NCBI GenBank assembly: GCA_949282135.1
Contig: CASDOR010000007.1
Coordinates: forward strand, 779-64,778
DNA length: 64,000 nucleotides
Source: an uncultured Christensenella sp.
Lineage (GTDB): Bacteria; Bacillota; Clostridia; Christensenellales; UBA1242
Reading direction: 5' to 3'
Under the pieces are notes generated by a model. It ran no database searches, was not told where the DNA came from, and saw only the letters and a list, made by a program, of their open reading frames with translations. The position numbers were made by a program, and so were the translations under genes. Each line of letters begins with the position of its first letter. Within the stretch, counting starts at the first letter, position 1. This document shows positions 58,293 through 64,000 of the stretch, piece by piece.

Positions 58293-59279
58293 ATGGATTA
58301 TTATTTAATTATAAAACCCACGTTTAACTGCTATTTGGAACTAGAGGAAAATACTATTATTCTTAAAAAAAATAGACTCAATCCGATACTTATTTCTACA
58401 GACGAAAACTTCATTTCTCTGTCAATTTTATCTTATGATAATACTTCGTCTCTTCCGTTTTCACTTTCACTACGTTTAAAAGAGGGCGTTCTAACTAACA
58501 CTCACCATAACGCAGAATTAATTTCTTTTAGCAATAACACCTTGTTACTTCTCCTTAGACCTTTTCTAGAATTTACACCTTCCTATCTAGACACCCAAAC
58601 AAAAACGGTGTTTTTTGGTGGCATAGTTCACACAATCCACTACTTAAAAAATGATTATTTTAACATTAGGATTGAGAATGCAGAAAATTACATAGACCAA
58701 AAGTACAACAAAAAAATTGTAAACCTAAACACAAAAACAATTAATGATAAGTTATTTATATATTGCAAAACAAACACTCAAAGTTATGTTATTATGACTG
58801 TAAGTTTTAAAAACAACACCTACACAACCACTAATCTTGAAGAAGTCGACTTACTAGAACATGAAAACAACAAAATTTTAACTTTTAATGCCCTCTTTGA
58901 CCTAGCCAAACATGGGGTCACAAAGGAATATTCTTTTGAAAAAAACTTTAGTGAAAAAGCAAGTCTTGTATCAGTCTATGATACTCCGAAGAAAGTGACC
59001 AAAAAAGAACTTATTCCCTATGCCTTTTTTGATGCAGTCAGAGTAGAAAATTATACTCTTGCAAGAGAATATCTTGCAGAAAGCTTAAAAACAAAACTAA
59101 AAGACGAGCACTTAAAACACTTTTTTGGCGACTTTATAATGTACTCTCAAAGCTTAACTCCCTCTAGTCCTCTAAACCAAATTGCTCTTATTTATGAAAA
59201 AAATGACAAAAAACAAGCAAAAGAATTTTTAGTCTCCCAAGACGAATTTGGACTTATTACAAATATAAGTGAAATTTAG
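58293..59279 (+). CDS. Hypothetical protein
   Basis: 328 aa. An aaaggaaaaaat ATG context precedes it. I recognise no domain or signal peptide. Confidence 0.6.
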   Translation: MDYYLIIKPTFNCYLELEENTIILKKNRLNPILISTDENFISLSILSYDNTSSLPFSLSLRLKEGVLTNTHHNAELISFSNNTLLLLLRPFLEFTPSYLDTQTKTVFFGGIVHTIHYLKNDYFNIRIENAENYIDQKYNKKIVNLNTKTINDKLFIYCKTNTQSYVIMTVSFKNNTYTTTNLEEVDLLEHENNKILTFNALFDLAKHGVTKEYSFEKNFSEKASLVSVYDTPKKVTKKELIPYAFFDAVRVENYTLAREYLAESLKTKLKDEHLKHFFGDFIMYSQSLTPSSPLNQIALIYEKNDKKQAKEFLVSQDEFGLITNISEI

Positions 59280-59280
59280 T

Positions 59281-59308
59281 TTGAAAACTTATATAAACAT
59301 TGTATAAT
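59281..59308 (+). promoter_or_regulatory. Near-consensus sigma-A promoter 350 nt upstream of the zinc peptidase gene
   Basis: TTGAAA (59281-59286), a 16-nt spacer ending in TG, then TATAAT (59303-59308). Confidence 0.55.
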
Positions 59309-59658
59309 GTCCCTATGTAAAATTACAATTTATATTAAATCTACATTATAGGAAGGTTTAGCAAATGTAAATGTTACATTTTAAAATTTGCCTTTAGACT
59401 CATTAAACAAAGGTTTTAAACGTTAAGAAGGTTTGCTTATTTTTATTTAACTAGTGTTGGGCTTTAAACTAATTTAAGATAACGTTTAATGAAAAAGCAT
59501 TTACTTATTTATTAAACAAACTTTAGACGCAAAAAAAACTAATAAATTTAAGCAAATTAAAAAAGTAAATGTTTTTAAAAAGTTTTATGATAATAAAAAC
59601 TTCAAGGAACTAATTTTTTTAAATAAAAAATAAATACTAATATAAAAGGAATGAAAAA

Positions 59659-60375
59659 ATGTATTTTGAATATTATTTAATGGGAATAATTTTGCTCCCC
59701 GGACTAATACTAGCAATCATTGCTCAAGCAAAAGTAAATAGTGCGTATAATACCTACAGCAAGGTCATGGCAAAATCGCAAGTTACTGCAAGTGACCTAA
59801 TCAAAAATCTCCTTGTTAATTCAGATTTAGGTCATATTTCAGTTAAGCAAATTGGAGGTAAACTCTCAGACCATTATAGTCCGAAAACCGAAGAAATTTG
59901 TCTAAGCTATGAGGTTTATACTTCTTCATCAATTGCAGCTCTTGGTGTTGCGTGTCATGAATTTGGACATGCTCTTCAAAAAAGAGACAACTACTTCCCT
60001 TATAAGATTAGGCAGTTTTTAGTTCCTGTTACAAATTTTGCTTCTGTATTTCTTTGGCCACTGGTCGTCATTGGACTAATTTTTAACTTTATTGCTTTGC
60101 CTGGTAGTATTATTGGCAACGTGCTTATGTGGTGCGGAATTGGATTCTTTGGTGTGTCGGTTTTACTTAATCTAGCAACCCTTCCAGTTGAATACAATGC
60201 TTCAAATAGAGCAATAACCATTTTAAGAGAAAGCGGAATATTAGATGAAGAAGAATTAAAAGGGACAAAAAAAGTTTTAAACGCAGCAGCACTTACCTAT
60301 GTGGCAAGTCTTATAGTATCAGTTTTAAACCTACTTCGTTTCTTACTTGTAGTCCTACATTCAAGACAAGACTAA
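59659..60375 (+). CDS. YugP-type membrane zinc metallopeptidase (Zn_peptidase_2 family)
   Basis: 238 aa. N-terminus IILLPGLILAIIAQAKVNSAYNTYSKV, the HEFGHALQ motif, and C-terminal TM helices. Confidence 0.88.
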   Translation: MYFEYYLMGIILLPGLILAIIAQAKVNSAYNTYSKVMAKSQVTASDLIKNLLVNSDLGHISVKQIGGKLSDHYSPKTEEICLSYEVYTSSSIAALGVACHEFGHALQKRDNYFPYKIRQFLVPVTNFASVFLWPLVVIGLIFNFIALPGSIIGNVLMWCGIGFFGVSVLLNLATLPVEYNASNRAITILRESGILDEEELKGTKKVLNAAALTYVASLIVSVLNLLRFLLVVLHSRQD

Positions 60376-60413
60376 TTAATTTAATCATGACAAAAATTAA
60401 AACAAATATAAAG

Positions 60414-60443
60414 CGGAGCAGAAAGTATTGCCCCGTTTTTTTT
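60414..60443 (+). terminator. Rho-independent terminator after the zinc peptidase gene
   Basis: cggagca-(8 nt)-tgccccg with one A-C mismatch, followed by T8. Confidence 0.5.
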
Positions 60444-60661
60444 ACCTCATAAGTTAAAACTTTAATTACTAAATAAAGAAGTAAACTTTTTAGAACTATA
60501 ACCATAGTTTTTTTATTACAACAATCCTTTAATTAATGAAACAATACGAATTTGTTTTAATGAAGTAACTTATAATGTTATCTATTTTTTAGGTGTAAAA
60601 AACATATAAGCTATTTTAATATAAAGTTTTTTAAACTAAAAGCTATTAAAAAACTCTCTTT

Positions 60662-61100
60662 TATAATAAAAATCCTCTACAGTATTTATTATTTATCATA
60701 AAAAATTATGACTTATAGCTTATCAAAAAGTATATTTCAATTACTGTTTATCTTGGAAAATATAGCTTATTGCTTATAATAAGGCATATTGCATTTGCTA
60801 TTTATGATAGAAAATATAGCTTAATACTCATAATAAAGTATATTTCAATTACTGTTTATCTTGGAAAATATAGCCTATTACTCATAATAAGGCATATTGC
60901 ATTTGCAATTTATCATAAGAAATATAATCTTTTTACCTATCATAATAGTATACTACAATTACTAATTATGATAAAAATTATAGTTTTTATTACTTAGCAC
61001 AAAAAATCTATGCTTTCTACTGTTTACCACAAAAATTCTTTTTGAAATTAAATGTTTTACATAAAAAAACTTCTATGGCATTTATCTCTTACCATAAAAG
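60662..61100. repeat. Tandem array, about 8 x 54-57 nt, with alternating unit variants (108-nt higher-order period)
   Basis: Units start at 60707, 60761, 60815, 60869, 60923 and 60979. Units 60707 and 60815 share gtatatttcaattactgtttatcttggaaaa. Units 60761 and 60869 share ataaggcatattgcatttgc. Confidence 0.88.
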
Positions 61101-61148
61101 TTTTTTATTTTTTCTACTAATTGTCTAAGCCTAAACCTTTACATCTAT

Positions 61149-62723
61149 TTACTTTTTATCAGTTTTAGTTGTAGATTTTTGCGAAGTTGATTTTGCACTA
61201 GATTTTGAAGTTGTAGTTTTTGATGTAGCAGGTTTTGTTGTTGCAGTTTTTGTTGCTGCAGGTTTTGTTGTACTACTTGCCTTTGCCTGACTTACTTTCT
61301 TACTATCAGCACTAGTTGTTGTACTAACTTTCTTTGGCTCTTCAGCTTTAACTTCCTGTGCCCCCTCACTTGTTGCATTAGTTTGTGCTTGACTACTTGC
61401 GACACGAGCCTCACTCGCAGCAGCTTTTTTCTCTAGTTTTGCATCTTGTTTCATTTGTTTTATGTCTTGTTTGTCCTCTTTCATCCAAGACCTAAATTGT
61501 CTTTCATACTCAAGTTGCTCTTTTTGTAATTTTTCTTTTTCCTTTGTATAATATTCTGCAACAAGAAGTGGATCTTCACCTTTCTTAAGTCTTGCCTCAC
61601 ATTCCCTGTTTACCTCAAGCAGTCTTTCAACTGGCTTAAGATACATTTTCTTTCTAAGACAATATTTCTTAATACTTCTAGGAACTGTACCATCTCTCCA
61701 AAGTAAACTAATATACTCATTCTTATCTTCGTCATTTGCCTGTGCTAAAACTTTATATTTTGACTTGTTGTCCATCTTAAATCCAATCTCATGTTTAACA
61801 CAAATTGGGTCAGTAATTTTTCTCTTTTCCTCAATAACATCAAGTTGTAATTTATAAATTTGAATATCTTTTAAGAACTCAAGAATTATTATAACACCAA
61901 TAATCACAAGAGGAATAAGGAGTAATAGAACTATTGCACTACTACTAGAAAATGCCCCAATAACACCAGCAAAGAAATTTGCAGTACCAGAATTATCATA
62001 GATACCAATTACCATATCTTCACTAACATACCAGTTATCTTCTAGATGATCGTTTGGATTAGGGATTGTTTCCTCTGGATTTTCAGGATCCACCATAGTC
62101 CCAAGATTAGATGTCCCCCAAGTCTTAAACCATCTTGTTCCATCCGCGTCTTCTCTAACTTCAACAATTTCATGGAAGAAAATCAAAGAGTTTTTGCTTG
62201 CAGCTTTTTTAATTTTATCACTCTGAGCACCAAAAAAACCACCAAAACTAAGGCTGTACTTTGTTACATAGTTAGCACTTTCAGCAGTTAAATCATCAAA
62301 AGCCTTACCTTCGTCTACTGTAATTTCATTGTACTTGTAGTAAGCAATGACATCTCCCTTTTTTAAGGTCTTAGTGTCAACTCGACGTGCCATAACTGTG
62401 TCGCCCTTTTTAAATCCACTCGCCTCCATACTAGGACTAGCAATTCTCATTGAAGTATACCCACCAAAACTAGGAGCAACTCCTTGTGCCTTACAATTCA
62501 CAATTGAAAAGAACACAACAGCTGAGCAAAACACAACTACAATGCAAAGTACATTTAAGACGATAGTAAGAGCATTAAGCCATTTGCTTTTCTTATAAAG
62601 AAGTTTCTCGTTTACTTTTCTCTTTTTAGAATACTTCCCTTGAAGTCTTTTCGCTGTATCCTCAATTGCTTTTTTAACACTGTTGTCCTCTTTAATTTTT
62701 ACATTTACAACACTATCAGCCAT
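61149..62723 (-). CDS. SipW-type (ER/archaeal-type Ser-His) signal peptidase I fused to an extra TM segment and a roughly 230-aa coiled-coil and Thr/Ser/Lys-rich tail
   Basis: 524 aa. A TM anchor is followed by IASPSMEASGFKKGDTVMAR, then LIFFHEIVEV and FKTWGTSN in place of the THR..V and TKGDNN boxes. A second TM is IVLLLLIPLVIIGVIIIL. Confidence 0.65.
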   Translation of the reverse strand: MADSVVNVKIKEDNSVKKAIEDTAKRLQGKYSKKRKVNEKLLYKKSKWLNALTIVLNVLCIVVVFCSAVVFFSIVNCKAQGVAPSFGGYTSMRIASPSMEASGFKKGDTVMARRVDTKTLKKGDVIAYYKYNEITVDEGKAFDDLTAESANYVTKYSLSFGGFFGAQSDKIKKAASKNSLIFFHEIVEVREDADGTRWFKTWGTSNLGTMVDPENPEETIPNPNDHLEDNWYVSEDMVIGIYDNSGTANFFAGVIGAFSSSSAIVLLLLIPLVIIGVIIILEFLKDIQIYKLQLDVIEEKRKITDPICVKHEIGFKMDNKSKYKVLAQANDEDKNEYISLLWRDGTVPRSIKKYCLRKKMYLKPVERLLEVNRECEARLKKGEDPLLVAEYYTKEKEKLQKEQLEYERQFRSWMKEDKQDIKQMKQDAKLEKKAAASEARVASSQAQTNATSEGAQEVKAEEPKKVSTTTSADSKKVSQAKASSTTKPAATKTATTKPATSKTTTSKSSAKSTSQKSTTKTDKK

Positions 62724-62729
62724 AATTCT

Positions 62730-63290
62730 CTAAACCTCCCTTACATTATTTGTGAGTGTTAAATTTAATGTCGCATTATAGTCGCCTTCAATACTTGTAT
62801 CAATAACATCTACATAAAAGTAAATTACAATAGTTTCTCCCGCCTCAACATCGTCTGAAAAAGCATTTTTATATTCTATTTCATGCCCACCATTTGAAAT
62901 GTCGTTGTCTCTAGAATAAGATAAGAAAAAGTTGTCTCCCTCTTCACTCACAAGATCAAACTTAATTGTTAGTAGCTCTTGTGAATCATTTGTCACCGTA
63001 TACTTGATTTTAACATACTGAGATTCCTCTAATGCATTTTCTCTAATAGTATATGTTTTGCCTTTGTCTTCGCCATTTCCAAGGTCTTTCCTACCAAAAA
63101 CAGCATTATAATCCTCAAAACTTCTTACTAGAGAATGGTCTGCATCGTACACTCCAGATTCAATCTTAACTGTTGCCATAGGCTCTCGCTGATAGAAGTC
63201 ATTTATAAGAATACCAGCAACAACACCCCCAAGCACAACTAAAACAAAAACCACTAAAGAAATGATTGAAATCTTAAGTTTTTTACTCAC
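62730..63290 (-). CDS. Small secreted or membrane-anchored beta-rich protein
   Basis: The start is set at GTG 63290, 5 nt after aaggag, because the ORF-track start (63353) would run through the promoter at 63321-63349. Begins VSKKLKISIISLVVFVLVVLGGVVAGIL and ends NATLNLTLTNNVREV. Confidence 0.6.
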   Translation of the reverse strand: MSKKLKISIISLVVFVLVVLGGVVAGILINDFYQREPMATVKIESGVYDADHSLVRSFEDYNAVFGRKDLGNGEDKGKTYTIRENALEESQYVKIKYTVTNDSQELLTIKFDLVSEEGDNFFLSYSRDNDISNGGHEIEYKNAFSDDVEAGETIVIYFYVDVIDTSIEGDYNATLNLTLTNNVREV

Positions 63291-63320
63291 ACTGACTCCT
63301 TTTCCCCTTAAAACACCTAG

Positions 63321-63349
63321 ATTATACAATATATATTTTTTTTTGACAA
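63321..63349 (-). promoter_or_regulatory. Sigma-A promoter for the 62730-63290 / signal peptidase pair
   Basis: Minus strand reads TTGTCA (63349-63344), a 17-nt spacer ending in TG, then TATAAT (63326-63321). Confidence 0.6.
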
Positions 63350-63464
63350 ACAATTTTAACTAGTTTGCAAATATATTTTTTGTATTTTTTTTAAAAATTA
63401 TTAAAATATGTATAATAAAACAATCTAACTAAAAAATACGTCATCTAACAACTAAAAATGTATT

Positions 63465-63510
63465 AAAAAACCATAAAATTTACTCTAGGGCAAAAAAGTA
63501 AATCTTATGG
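63465..63510 (-). terminator. Rho-independent terminator after the right-edge CDS
   Basis: Minus strand carries a 13-bp stem ccataagatttac / gtaaattttatgg (one G-U pair) followed by tttttt. Confidence 0.7.
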
Positions 63511-63536
63511 TGTTTAATATCTAATCTATACCCAAA

Positions 63537-64000
63537 TTAATTAGCCGTTGCAGTTGATTGTAAAGTAAAATTAAATGTTCCACTAAAACTAGAATCAATA
63601 GTTGCATCATTTAAAGTAATTCTAATGTAAAGGTGAGATGTACTTGCTGTTTCCTCACTTCCACCATCAGCAACAGTTGTTGAACATGTTGTTGAAAGAG
63701 TTGCGAATCCCTCAGTTTCACTCTGTGTAGAATATTCTACAGTCCAATTTGTAGCACTTGTTGGTGTATACTGGCAAGTCACAGAATAACCATTATTAAT
63801 TGTACTTGTGAAAACATAATCAAAAACTACACTCTTATTTGTAGGTGATAATCCCTCAGTAATATTTACAGGATCAAAGGTGTCTGAGATATTTCCTTGT
63901 TCTACTGTAAAATTTGCAGACCCAACTGATTGTGGCTCCCCTTCGCCAATAGTATAAGTAGCACTCATACTACCCTGAATATCTGAAACTGAATAAGAAA
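63537..64000 (-). CDS. 3' part of a secreted-looking Thr/Ser-rich beta protein (5' end outside the window)
   Basis: The reading frame stays open to base 64000 (...SYSVSDIQGSMSATYTIGEG...). It ends SFSGTFNFTLQSTATAN, similar in style to the end of the neighbouring 62730 protein. Confidence 0.6.
   Translation of the reverse strand, partial: SYSVSDIQGSMSATYTIGEGEPQSVGSANFTVEQGNISDTFDPVNITEGLSPTNKSVVFDYVFTSTINNGYSVTCQYTPTSATNWTVEYSTQSETEGFATLSTTCSTTVADGGSEETASTSHLYIRITLNDATIDSSFSGTFNFTLQSTATAN

Noticed and set aside
1-64000. Alternative genetic code (TGA reassigned) as an explanation for the long apparent intergenic regions
   Set aside because: All conserved genes (rnr, secY, addA/B, the r-proteins) are full length under the standard code and use TGG for Trp. 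The spacers contain stops of all three kinds in every frame.
1-64000. Prophage, IS element or defence island
   Set aside because: No integrase, transposase, recombinase, restriction, Cas, toxin-antitoxin pair or phage structural protein is recognisable in any ORF of the window. The lone XRE regulator has no partner gene.

Overview
AT-rich chromosomal segment that uses the standard genetic code, since all long ORFs close on TAA, TAG or TGA. It looks like a Firmicutes genome of Clostridia type and is transcribed almost entirely from the minus strand.

Recognisable content:
- A secG / DUF1848 / rnr block.
- A glycolytic run in the order pgk, gpmI, tpiA.
- dus, then a SpoVB/YabM-like flippase next to spoVT.
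- A complete S10-spc-alpha ribosomal protein cluster, rpsJ to rplQ (39805 down to 23181). It includes secY, adk, map, the small KOW protein typical of Clostridia, infA and rpmJ.
- addB-addA.
- A YugP-type zinc peptidase.
- A SipW-type signal peptidase clustered with small secreted proteins.
- Accessory-looking genes: a 1465-aa membrane-anchored surface protein, an 873-aa BspA-type LRR protein, and a 903-aa membrane coiled-coil protein with a Q/N/Y-rich repeat domain.

I found no rRNA, tRNA, CRISPR array, transposase, integrase or obvious defence genes.

The unusual part is the non-coding DNA. By my coordinate bookkeeping about one fifth of the window is intergenic.
- Almost every long spacer carries its own private tandem array, with units from 11 to about 172 nt.
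- One 2.8-kb stretch (20398-23180) has no credible gene.
- A dispersed family of nested-hairpin elements, with compensatory stem changes between copies, sits between housekeeping genes.

Everything here comes from reading the sequence and the ORF translations. No database search was run, so protein names are recognition-based and the repeat and RNA interpretations are hypotheses.
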